Made by a program: the position numbers and the translations under genes. The notes below the pieces were generated by a model. The model did no database searches. It was not told the origin of the DNA and saw only the letters and a list, made by a program, of their open reading frames with translations. From Rhodospirillaceae bacterium (GTDB taxonomy: Bacteria; Pseudomonadota; Alphaproteobacteria; DSM-16000; Inquilinaceae), in NCBI GenBank assembly GCA_020638595.1, contig JACKIG010000018.1, positions 2,532 through 66,531 on the forward strand: a DNA stretch of 64,000 nucleotides. Direction: 5' to 3'. Every line of letters starts with the position of its first letter. Within the stretch, counting starts at the first letter, position 1. This document shows positions 56,277-64,000 of the stretch, piece after piece.

Positions 56277-56831
56277 ATGGCGGACGATCAGGATCCAAAG
56301 AAGACGACCACTTTGCAGGATGGCGACATCCAGAGCCGGTCTGCGCTGCCGCGGCGTTCGCTGTTGCGCCTGGTCGGGCACGGCGCCGTGGGGGCCACGG
56401 CACTGGTGGGGGCCAGCCGCGAGGCGTATGCCATCACCGACAATGACAGCGGGCCCTGCGCCGATCCGGTGAATGCAGGGCGCGGCTATTCCGGCATCAC
56501 CGACAACGATACGGGTACCTGCGCGGATCCGGGGGGGCGTGGCCGCGGTGGCGGCGGATACACGCCCGGGTATACCGGCATCACCGACAGCGATTCCGGC
56601 GCCTATGCCGATGCCGCCGGCTATGGCCGCGGCCGCGTCGTGCGCGTCAACCAGCTTGTGCTGTCGATCCAGACGAACCTGGCCAATCTGGGCTTCAATC
56701 CGGGCCCGATCGACGGCGTCTTCGGCCAGCGGACGCAGGCTGCCATCATCGCCTTCCAGCGGACCTATGGCTATCCCGTCACCGGTGCGGCCGACCAGGT
56801 GACGATGGCGCAGCTGCAGCAGGTGCGCTGA
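56277..56831 (+). CDS. small exported protein: twin-arginine-like signal, three ITD(N/S)D(S/T)G..AD repeats, C-terminal peptidoglycan-binding (PG_binding_1-like) domain
   Basis: SRSALPRRSLLRLVGHGAVGATALVGASREAYA. Repeats ITDNDSGPCADP / ITDNDTGTCADP / ITDSDSGAYADA (about 56433-56640). C-terminus LVLSIQTNLANLGFNPGPIDGVFGQRTQAAIIAFQRTYGYPVTG. Confidence 0.7.
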   Translation: MADDQDPKKTTTLQDGDIQSRSALPRRSLLRLVGHGAVGATALVGASREAYAITDNDSGPCADPVNAGRGYSGITDNDTGTCADPGGRGRGGGGYTPGYTGITDSDSGAYADAAGYGRGRVVRVNQLVLSIQTNLANLGFNPGPIDGVFGQRTQAAIIAFQRTYGYPVTGAADQVTMAQLQQVR

Positions 56832-56972
56832 CCGGACCGGCGGTCCCGGCACTTCGGCGGCGCAACCCGCCGGAGCGCCGGGACGGCGCGGGCGCAAGAC
56901 GACACCAGGCCGATCCGGCCCGGTGTCGGACCCCCGTTTGCATTTCCAGATCGTTATGGCCGGATCCGGCCC

Positions 56973-57920
56973 CTAACGGGCGTCGCCGACCGGACCGGCC
57001 ACCCGGTACAGCGGCGTCACCGTGTTCGGCAGGTTCAGCACGATGACCCCGGCCAGGGCATGCAGCGCGGCGCGGCGGGGAAAGCTGCGGCGGAACACCA
57101 GCCGCACCGTCCGCTTGGCGTTCGGGGAATCGATGGGCCGGGCGATGATGCCCATATCCGTCAGCCACGGGCCACGCACGGCAAGCGCCGGCATCAGCGT
57201 GCAGCCGTAGCCTGCGGCGACCATGTTCAACAGCGTCTCCAGGCTGGACGCGCGCAGGTCGCCAAGCCCGCTGTCGGTCTGCCGCGCCGGGCGGCTGCAC
57301 AGGTCCAGCGCCTGGTCGCGCAGGCAGTGGCCATCGGTCAGCAGCAGCATCTCGACCTCCTGAAGGTCGCGCTCCATCACCTTGTCCAGCCTGCTCAGCG
57401 CGTGCCCCCGCGGGAATGCCACCCAGAACGGTTCCTCGAACAGGGGCAGCGTCTCCAGCTCGTGGTCGTCCGTGTCCGTGGCAAGCAGGGCTGCATCGAT
57501 CTCGTGGCCCTTCAGCCGATCGGCCAGCGTTTCCGTCACTTCTTCCGACAGCACCAGCCGGATCGCCGGGCAGGCGGTCCGCAGCGGCATCAGCACCGAC
57601 GGCATCAGGTAGGGACTGACGGTGGGGATCACGCCCAGCCTCATCGGCCCGGCCAGGGGGTCGCTATGGGCCTGCGCCAGGTCCTCGATCATTTCCGCCT
57701 GTTCCAGCGCCAGGCGTGCGTGCTTCAGGATCTCCGCCCCGGCGGGCGTGACCGAGACGGACCGGTTCGTACGCTCGAAGATGGCGACACCCAGCTGGTC
57801 CTCCAGTCGCTTGATCTGCCCGCTCAATGTCGGCTGGCTGACATGGCACGCTTCCGCAGCCCGGCCGAAATGCCGCTTCTCGGCGACCGCGATCAGGTAT
57901 TTCAGGTCACGCAGGTTCAT
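56973..57920 (-). CDS. oxyR: LysR-family hydrogen peroxide-sensing regulator OxyR
   Basis: MNLRDLKYLIAVAEKRHFGRAAEACHVSQPTLSGQIKRLEDQLGV, plus the redox cysteine context LLLTDGHCLRDQALDLCS (matching the C199/C208 spacing). Divergent from a catalase gene. Start set at ATG 57920. Confidence 0.85.
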   Translation of the reverse strand: MNLRDLKYLIAVAEKRHFGRAAEACHVSQPTLSGQIKRLEDQLGVAIFERTNRSVSVTPAGAEILKHARLALEQAEMIEDLAQAHSDPLAGPMRLGVIPTVSPYLMPSVLMPLRTACPAIRLVLSEEVTETLADRLKGHEIDAALLATDTDDHELETLPLFEEPFWVAFPRGHALSRLDKVMERDLQEVEMLLLTDGHCLRDQALDLCSRPARQTDSGLGDLRASSLETLLNMVAAGYGCTLMPALAVRGPWLTDMGIIARPIDSPNAKRTVRLVFRRSFPRRAALHALAGVIVLNLPNTVTPLYRVAGPVGDAR

Positions 57921-58030
57921 CGGGCGCTTTCGCACGGCTGCGGATGCCGGGGCGGGTGCCGCAGGTCCGGCGAGGGCCGCCATGACGCCCTGGGCATGCC
58001 CGGAATGACATCGATCGACTATATCAATTG

Positions 58031-58066
58031 CAACGATTTGAACAATCGATTTTCACAATCGTTTAT
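58031..58066. promoter_or_regulatory. AT-rich phased repeats in the oxyR-katA intergenic region (candidate OxyR operator)
   Basis: cAACGATTT (58031-58039), ACAATCGATTTT (58042-58053) and CACAATCGTTTA (58055-58066), spaced about one helical turn apart. Confidence 0.35.
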
Positions 58067-58173
58067 CCCCACTTACCGTCTGGGTATTGCTCTTCAACAC
58101 CAAGGCACGGGCGGTCCATCCCGTCTCCGCTCGGGTTCCTGGGGCAAGTATCGCAGAACGCAGGGGAGATCCC

Positions 58174-59634
58174 ATGGCGGACGCCAAGACCATGACGACG
58201 ACGGCCGGTGCGCCGGTTTCCGACAACCAGAACTCCGTCACCGCGGGGCCGCGGGGGCCGCTCTTGATGCAGGACTACCAGCTGCTGGAGAAGCTGGCCC
58301 ACCAGAACCGCGAACGCGTGCCGGAGCGCGTGGTGCATGCCAAGGGTTCCGGCGCGTACGGCACGTTGACGATCACCAACGACATCACGCGCTACAGCCG
58401 CGCCAGCATCTTTTCCGAAGTCGGCAAGACAACCGCGATGCTGGCGCGCTTTTCCACCGTCGCCGGTGAGCGCGGGGCGGCGGATGCCGAGCGCGACGTC
58501 CGCGGGTTCGCCCTGAAGTTCTATACCGAGGAAGGCAACTGGGACATGGTGGGCAACAACACCCCCGTGTTCTTCATCCGCGATGCGCTGAAGTTCCCGG
58601 ACTTCATCCACACCCAGAAGCGCCACCCCAGGACCAACATGCGCTCGCCGACGGCGATGTGGGACTTCTGGTCGCTGTCGCCGGAAAGCCTGCACCAGGT
58701 GACGATCCTGTTTTCCGATCGTGGCTTGCCGCGCGGCTTCCGCTTCATGAACGGCTACGGATCGCACACCTATTCGTTCCTCAATGCTGCGGGCGAGCGG
58801 TTCTGGGTCAAGTTTCACTTCAAGACCGCCCAGGGCATCCGTACCTGGACCAACCGCGAGGCCGAAGGCGTCGTCGCCACCGACCGCGAGAGCTCGCAAC
58901 GCGACCTGTTCAACGCCATCGAGCGGGGCGACTTCCCGCGGTGGCATTTCTTCGTCCAGGTCATGCCGGAGGCCGAGGCGGCCACAACGCCCTACAATCC
59001 CTTCGATCTGACCAAGGTGTGGCCGCATGGCGACTATCCGCTGATCGAGGTCGGCGTGATGGAGCTGAACCGCAATCCGGAGAACTATTTCGCGGAGATC
59101 GAGCAATCGTCCTTCAGTCCGTCGAATGTGGTGCCGGGGATCAGCTGGTCCCCCGACAAGATGCTTCAGGCGCGCATCGTCTCCTATGCCGATGCGCACC
59201 GATACCGGGTGGGCACGCATTACGAGATGCTGCCGGTCAACCGGCCCCATGTGCCGGTCAACACCTATCACCTGGACGGTCCCATGCGCTTCGACGCGCC
59301 CGGGGCTACGGATGCCTATTACGAGCCGAACTCCTTCGGTGGGCCGACGCAGAACCCGGCCTATGGCGAACCGCCGCTGGCGATTGCCGGCGATGCCGGC
59401 CGCTATGACCATCGCGACGGCAACGACGACTATGGCCAGGCAGGGGCGCTGTTCCGCCTGCTGCCCCAGCCGGAGAAGGAGCGGCTGTTCCGCAACATCG
59501 CGGAGGCAATGGACGGCGTGCCGAAGCAGATCGTGGAGCGCCAGCTGCGCCATTTCGATGCAGCCGACCTTGCCTATGGCAGCGGTGTCAGGCGGGCATT
59601 GGCCGCGCAGCTTGCGCCGGAACCGGTGAAATAG
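58174..59634 (+). CDS. katA: monofunctional haem catalase (small-subunit type)
   Basis: [93 protein letters not shown]-like [21 protein letters not shown] at 58162-58168. Start set at ATG 58174. Confidence 0.9.
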   Translation: MADAKTMTTTAGAPVSDNQNSVTAGPRGPLLMQDYQLLEKLAHQNRERVPERVVHAKGSGAYGTLTITNDITRYSRASIFSEVGKTTAMLARFSTVAGERGAADAERDVRGFALKFYTEEGNWDMVGNNTPVFFIRDALKFPDFIHTQKRHPRTNMRSPTAMWDFWSLSPESLHQVTILFSDRGLPRGFRFMNGYGSHTYSFLNAAGERFWVKFHFKTAQGIRTWTNREAEGVVATDRESSQRDLFNAIERGDFPRWHFFVQVMPEAEAATTPYNPFDLTKVWPHGDYPLIEVGVMELNRNPENYFAEIEQSSFSPSNVVPGISWSPDKMLQARIVSYADAHRYRVGTHYEMLPVNRPHVPVNTYHLDGPMRFDAPGATDAYYEPNSFGGPTQNPAYGEPPLAIAGDAGRYDHRDGNDDYGQAGALFRLLPQPEKERLFRNIAEAMDGVPKQIVERQLRHFDAADLAYGSGVRRALAAQLAPEPVK

Positions 59635-59752
59635 TTCTGTTAACCAAGACGTGCTAAGACGTTGTGCCGCCTTTGTGAGCCGGCGGCATAGGGGAACCCT
59701 GCCTTGCGCCATTGGCGCATGGCAGGCGACCCCGAAGACGTGCTAGACCGGG

Positions 59753-60229
59753 ATGACCATGGACCTGGAATTGCGGAAGGACGTGCGGGCGGGAACCGCC
59801 TGGGGCGTGGTGGGCCGGCACGGGCTGCGCGGCCTGGGTGTGCTTGCCTTCGCGATCGGGACCGTGGGGATCTTTGTGCCGTTGCTGCCGACGACGATCT
59901 TCTGGATCGCCGCGGCGGCGTGTTTCGCCCGGTCGGAGCCGCGATGGCAGCGCTGGATCTTCGAACATCCGCGCTTCGGGGCCCCGGTGCGGGACTATTT
60001 GAGGGCCGGCGTCGTCCGGCGGGAGGCAAAGTTGGCCGCAATCGCAGGGCTGGCGGCGTCCTTCTGCATCACGGCATTCGTCTCCGGCCTGAACCTGGTG
60101 GGGCTGTGCGTCCTTGCCGCCACGCTGACGGCCGTCGCCGTCTACGTGGTCAGCCGGCCGGAACGCCTGCCTCCTTCCCTGTCGCCGGATGGCGCCGCGT
60201 CACCGCGACCGACACCACCGTTGAGCTGA
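59753..60229 (+). CDS. YbaN/DUF454 family inner membrane protein
   Basis: [55 protein letters not shown] matches the YbaN-family pattern as I recall it. Its stop lies 5 nt before hemA. Confidence 0.7.
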   Translation: MTMDLELRKDVRAGTAWGVVGRHGLRGLGVLAFAIGTVGIFVPLLPTTIFWIAAAACFARSEPRWQRWIFEHPRFGAPVRDYLRAGVVRREAKLAAIAGLAASFCITAFVSGLNLVGLCVLAATLTAVAVYVVSRPERLPPSLSPDGAASPRPTPPLS

Positions 60230-60234
60230 GGTCG

Positions 60235-61488
60235 ATGGACTATCCCCGTATCTTCGAAGACGCAATCGACAGCCTGAAGCAGGAACGGCGCTATCGCGTG
60301 TTCGCCGACCTGGAACGCGTTGCCGGGCGCTTCCCGCACGCCGTCCACCACACGCCGTCCGGGCGGCGCGACGTGGTGGTCTGGTGTTCCAACGATTACC
60401 TGGGCATGGGCCAGAATGCCGGCGTCATCCGCGCCATGCAGGACACGGCCGGCCGCATGGGCACCGGTGCCGGCGGCACGCGCAACATCTCCGGCACCAA
60501 TCACCCGCTGGTGGAGCTGGAGGCGGAACTGGCGGACCTGCACGGCAAGCCGGCGTCGCTGGTGTTCACGTCGGGCTTCATTTCCAACGAAGCGTCCATC
60601 AGCACCATCGCGCGGCTGATCCCCGACTGCCTGATCCTGTCGGACAGCCTCAACCACGCCTCGATGATCGCCGGCATCCGCCACAGCGGCGCGGAAAAGC
60701 GCATCTTCCGCCACAACGACCTGGAGCACCTGGAAGACCTGCTGCGCCGCGCCGGGCGCGAGCGGGCGAAGCTGATCGTCTTCGAATCCGTCTATTCCAT
60801 GGACGGCGACATCGCCCCGATCGCGGCGGTCTGCGACCTGGCCGAGCGCTACGGCGCCATGACCTATCTGGACGAAGTGCACGCCGTCGGCATGTACGGC
60901 CCGCGCGGCGGCGGCATCGCCGAGCGTGACGGCGTCATGGACCGTGTCGACGTGATCGAAGGCACCCTGGCCAAGGCCTATGGCACGCTGGGCGGATACA
61001 TTGCGTCGTCGACGGCGATCTGCGATGCCGTCCGCTCCTACGCGCCGGAGTTCATCTTCACCACGGCGCTGCCGCCGGCCATCGCCGCGGCCGCATGCAC
61101 CAGCGTGCGCTATCTCAAGCGTTCCGGCGCCGAGCGGGCGGCCCACCAGGCCAATGCCGCCCGCACCAAGGCGGTGCTGCGCGCCGCCGGCCTGCCGGTC
61201 ATGCCGTCCGAGGCGCATATCGTCCCGGTGCTGGTGGGCGATCCTGCCCGCTGCAGGGCGGCGACGGAGCGGCTGTTGAACGGGCATGGCATCTATATCC
61301 AGCCGATCAACTACCCGACCGTGCCGCGGGGGACGGAACGCCTGCGCATCACCCCCACACCCTGCCACACAGACGCGATGCTGGCGGCCCTGGCCGATGC
61401 CCTGGTCGCCGTCTGGCAGGAACTGGACCTGCCCCTGGGCGGCGACGCCGTCGCCCCCCCGCTGGAGGCGCTGGCCGCCGTTCCCTGA
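60235..61488 (+). CDS. hemA: 5-aminolevulinate synthase
   Basis: [36 protein letters not shown]...[14 protein letters not shown]...[21 protein letters not shown]...[14 protein letters not shown]...ESVYSMDGD. Confidence 0.9.
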   Translation: MDYPRIFEDAIDSLKQERRYRVFADLERVAGRFPHAVHHTPSGRRDVVVWCSNDYLGMGQNAGVIRAMQDTAGRMGTGAGGTRNISGTNHPLVELEAELADLHGKPASLVFTSGFISNEASISTIARLIPDCLILSDSLNHASMIAGIRHSGAEKRIFRHNDLEHLEDLLRRAGRERAKLIVFESVYSMDGDIAPIAAVCDLAERYGAMTYLDEVHAVGMYGPRGGGIAERDGVMDRVDVIEGTLAKAYGTLGGYIASSTAICDAVRSYAPEFIFTTALPPAIAAAACTSVRYLKRSGAERAAHQANAARTKAVLRAAGLPVMPSEAHIVPVLVGDPARCRAATERLLNGHGIYIQPINYPTVPRGTERLRITPTPCHTDAMLAALADALVAVWQELDLPLGGDAVAPPLEALAAVP

Positions 61489-61556
61489 GCGGGAAGGCTT
61501 CGCAAGCCCCTCGCACCCGCGCGGTCGCCGCACGTGAAGGCGCGTCGCCGTCATCA

Positions 61557-61650
61557 GGGGTCAGGTCTTTGATTGATGCATAGCCGGTTGACTCCGGAGA
61601 CCGGACAAGCCGGTCGGCTTTCACTGTGCGATAAGGAAAGACCTGACCCC
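61557..61650. repeat. MITE/REP-like element 1 with perfect 14-bp terminal inverted repeats
   Basis: GGGGTCAGGTCTTT (61557-61570) ... AAAGACCTGACCCC (61637-61650). The internal part includes TCCGGAGACCGGACAA. Confidence 0.8.
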
Positions 61651-61675
61651 ATAGATAGGATGCGCTCGAGGGGTT

Positions 61676-61772
61676 GGGGGTCAGGTCTTTGATTGATGTA
61701 CTGCTTGGCCGCTTCCGGACACCGGACAAATCGGTTGATCCTCATCATGCGATATAGAAAGACCTGACCCCC
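61676..61772. repeat. MITE/REP-like element 2, a diverged tandem copy
   Basis: GGGGGTCAGGTCTTT (61676-61690) ... AAAGACCTGACCCCC (61758-61772). The interior shares GATTGATG, CCGGACACCGGACAA and TGCGATA with element 1. It lies in the convergent intergenic region between hemA and the YeiH-like gene. Confidence 0.8.
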
Positions 61773-61823
61773 AAAGGCCGCGATACCCCCAAAGGCCGAC
61801 CCCCAGAGGCTGGTCGTCGGCCG

Positions 61824-62870
61824 TCAGGGTGATATCGCCAGGACGGCGACCGCCAGTCCGGCGATCCAGGCCGTCTCCGCAACCAGCAGCACCAGCGCCC
61901 GCAGGCCGACCGAGGCGAGGTCCTTCAGCGACGTGCGGATGCCGAGCGCGGCGATGGCCGCCACCAGTGCCCAGCGCGATACGTCGATCAGCACCAGGCG
62001 CAGCGGTTCGGCAATCCATCCCAGGCTGTTGGCCCCGACCAGGGCGACGAAGACGGCGAGAAACAGCGGGAAGGGCGGGCGCTTGGCCGACTGTCCGCTG
62101 CCCCGGAACAGCACGAGCGTGATCGCCAGCACCACCGGCACCAGCATCGCAACGCGCAGCAGCTTGGTCAGCGTCGCCGTGTCGCCGGCTTCGGCCGAAA
62201 CGCTGTAGCCCGCCCCGACGACCTGCGCCACATCGTGGATGGTGGCCCCCAGGAAGATGCCCGCGATGCGGTCGTCAAGGCCCAGTGCACCAACGGCCAG
62301 CGGGTAGACCACCATGGCGATGGTGCTGAGCGTCGTCACCCCCAGCACCGTGAAGATGGTGTCGCGCTCGGTGATGCCACGCTCACCCTTGGGCAGGACA
62401 GACGCGATGGCCAGCGCGGCCGAAGCGCCGCAGATACCGACCGCTCCGCCGGTGAGGATGCCGAAGTCGCGGCTGAACCCCATGCGCCGCGCCAGCCAGC
62501 CGCCGAACACCAGCGTCAGCGACACGCCGGCCACCGCCACCAGGATCGGGGCGATGCCCAGGGCAACCGCGCCCTCGACCGTGATGCGCACGCCCAACAG
62601 GGCGACGCCGATCCTCAAGACCGTGCGCGAGGTGAAGCCCACCCCTTCCACGCACCGGCCTTCCTGCGACAGGAAATTGAAGGCCATGCCCAGCAGCAGG
62701 GCGAACAGCATCACCGGCCCGCCATAGTGGTCGGACAGGAATGTGGCGGCCAGACTGATGGTACCGCTGACCAGCACCCCGGGTGCCAGCGCTTTCGCCG
62801 TCGCGCGGGCGCTGCGCAGCCTGAGCGACCAGTCCGGCCTCACGGCTGGCGCCGTGGGTGGGCAAGGCAA
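61824..62870 (-). CDS. YeiH/UPF0324 family putative sulfate-exporter-type membrane protein
   Basis: Polytopic protein with ...ISLAATFLSDHYGGPVMLFALLLGMAFNFL... and GATIHDVAQVVGAGY. The track start is a TTG (62870), so the true start is uncertain. Confidence 0.75.
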   Translation of the reverse strand: MPCPPTAPAVRPDWSLRLRSARATAKALAPGVLVSGTISLAATFLSDHYGGPVMLFALLLGMAFNFLSQEGRCVEGVGFTSRTVLRIGVALLGVRITVEGAVALGIAPILVAVAGVSLTLVFGGWLARRMGFSRDFGILTGGAVGICGASAALAIASVLPKGERGITERDTIFTVLGVTTLSTIAMVVYPLAVGALGLDDRIAGIFLGATIHDVAQVVGAGYSVSAEAGDTATLTKLLRVAMLVPVVLAITLVLFRGSGQSAKRPPFPLFLAVFVALVGANSLGWIAEPLRLVLIDVSRWALVAAIAALGIRTSLKDLASVGLRALVLLVAETAWIAGLAVAVLAISP

Positions 62871-62934
62871 GGCATGTCCATCGTCATAGCGCCCCGGCGC
62901 GCCGTCGCAAAGCCCGATGCCACCCGCGTGCCCC

Positions 62935-63978
62935 CTATCCCGGAAGCCTGGCGGCCGTGCGCAGCAGGGCGACGAAGCCGGGATGCGGATGGGCCGGCGT
63001 CGACTGCAATTCCGGATGCCCCTGGAAGCCGAGAAACAGCTTCGCCGTCGGCGCTTCGAGGACGTAGGCGACCTGGGCTTCGGCGTCCTCCGCCGTCACC
63101 GACAGGCCGGCATGGGTCAGGTCCCGGCGGTAGCGCGGGGCCAGGCCATAACGGTGGTTCGTCCGTTCCACCAGACTGGACGGATCGCGCCCGCTGGCAT
63201 GCAGGATCCCATGCAGCCGGCTGCCGGGGCGCACCACGACCGTGCGGTCGCCCATCCGGTGTTGCGGCCGGCCGGACGGGTCGATCAGACGCTCGAACAG
63301 CTTGATCGGGGCATCGGGTGCGGCTTCCTCCAGCTCCGCCTCCGGCAGGCCTGCGCGGGTGCGGGCGACGGCCAGCGCCATGGACTGCATGCCCAGGCAA
63401 AGCCCCAGCGTCGGGATGCCGCCGTTGAGGGCCGCGGTCGCGGCCGCCACCTGGCCGGGAACCTCGTCCAGGTCGGCGCCGCCCGGCAGCACCAGCCCCT
63501 GGGCCTGCGCCAGCATGTCGGCCGGTGCCTCGCGAACGTCGCCCGACGAAACGACGTCGACGGTGACGTCGACGGCCGCCCTGTCGGCGGCGTCGCCGAG
63601 GGCGGCAAGCACGGCGGCGTAGACGCGATGGAGGCGGTCCCGGTCGCCGACGACCGCGATCGTCACCTGCGGCCTTGCCCCGCCGCCTGTGCGGACCGCC
63701 GGGCCTGCGCGCCCGAAGGGATCGACCGCGATGGGGCCGTGGACGTCCAGTTCGGCTGCATCCGGGCCGTCGACGATCAGCCGTCCATCCGGGGCGACGT
63801 CGACCCAGGAATGGCCGGTCGACACGGCCGGCCGGCGCAGTTCCCGCCCGTCGGCGAACAGGTCGGGATCGACGGCGACGACCGCGGTGCCCGGCAGGGC
63901 CAGCAGGTCGCCGCTCCAAGGCTCCGTCGTCTCGACGGCAAGGCCGGCCCTGTCGCCCCACAGCCGGAAGGTCTCCAC
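62935..63978 (-). CDS. class I glutamine amidotransferase related to the CTP synthase C-terminal domain (N-terminus uncertain / may extend beyond the window)
   Basis: GIPTLGLCLGMQSMALAVAR (nucleophile elbow GLCLGMQ), HRYGLAPRY and GFQGHPELQS (His-Pro-Glu). The listed start is GTG 63978 and the frame remains open to nt 64000. Confidence 0.6.
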   Translation of the reverse strand: METFRLWGDRAGLAVETTEPWSGDLLALPGTAVVAVDPDLFADGRELRRPAVSTGHSWVDVAPDGRLIVDGPDAAELDVHGPIAVDPFGRAGPAVRTGGGARPQVTIAVVGDRDRLHRVYAAVLAALGDAADRAAVDVTVDVVSSGDVREAPADMLAQAQGLVLPGGADLDEVPGQVAAATAALNGGIPTLGLCLGMQSMALAVARTRAGLPEAELEEAAPDAPIKLFERLIDPSGRPQHRMGDRTVVVRPGSRLHGILHASGRDPSSLVERTNHRYGLAPRYRRDLTHAGLSVTAEDAEAQVAYVLEAPTAKLFLGFQGHPELQSTPAHPHPGFVALLRTAARLPG

Positions 63979-64000
63979 CAGGCGGCCATCGGCGGTGGCA

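Noticed and set aside
55200-56831. The giant-protein C-terminus as a CdiA-type polymorphic toxin with a downstream immunity gene.
   Set aside because: I saw no VENN-type pretoxin boundary near the C-terminus. The only VENN string I noticed (RVENNLGVA at about 40.8 kb) sits in a beta-helix cassette at the position paralogous to ITNNLGVA. The next gene is an exported PG-binding protein behind a terminator, not a small cytoplasmic immunity-like ORF. The possibility is not fully excluded without an HMM search of the last 250 aa.

Overview
This is a high-GC chromosomal segment that looks alphaproteobacterial, because it carries a hemA-type 5-aminolevulinate synthase. I saw no rRNA, tRNA, CRISPR array, transposase or integrase. 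The first ~31 kb holds ordinary metabolic and transport genes. These are Gfo/Idh/MocA and GMC oxidoreductases, a GNAT, a GH15 + glucose-dehydrogenase-like SDR pair behind a candidate EcfG-type stress promoter, a signal-peptide TPR-CHAT protein, a 2-hydroxyacid dehydrogenase, betA divergent from a choXWV-like ABC transporter, a peptide-type ABC operon with an embedded metallophosphoesterase, and an aspartate-dehydrogenase-like gene. Next come two tandem class III nucleotidyl cyclases (SAM-cyclase-P-loop NTPase-TPR, and SRPBCC-like/zinc-ribbon-cyclase). Across a conspicuously AT-rich ~0.7 kb divergent region lies the dominant feature: one 24.2 kb ORF (~8,058 aa, 31605-55781). Its N-terminus is a two-partner-secretion (TpsA/filamentous-haemagglutinin) domain. 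The rest is a mosaic of parallel beta-helix cassettes, higher-order internal duplications (including an in-frame 1,776-nt duplication with a 51-nt identical core) and a distinct 4-Cys C-terminal tail. No TpsB/FhaC-type transporter gene is visible anywhere in the window, so this giant exoprotein is an orphan. The genes next to it are the cyclase pair and a small Tat-signal peptidoglycan-binding repeat protein. The last 8 kb carries divergent oxyR/katA, ybaN-hemA, two MITE/REP-like inverted-repeat elements of a family also seen at 18.1 kb and 25.5 kb, a YeiH-type transporter and a CTP-synthase-like amidotransferase. Many long overlapping ORFs in the track, including a 6,691-aa antisense ORF, are high-GC shadow frames and were rejected. 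All calls rest on reading motifs by eye; no database search was run.
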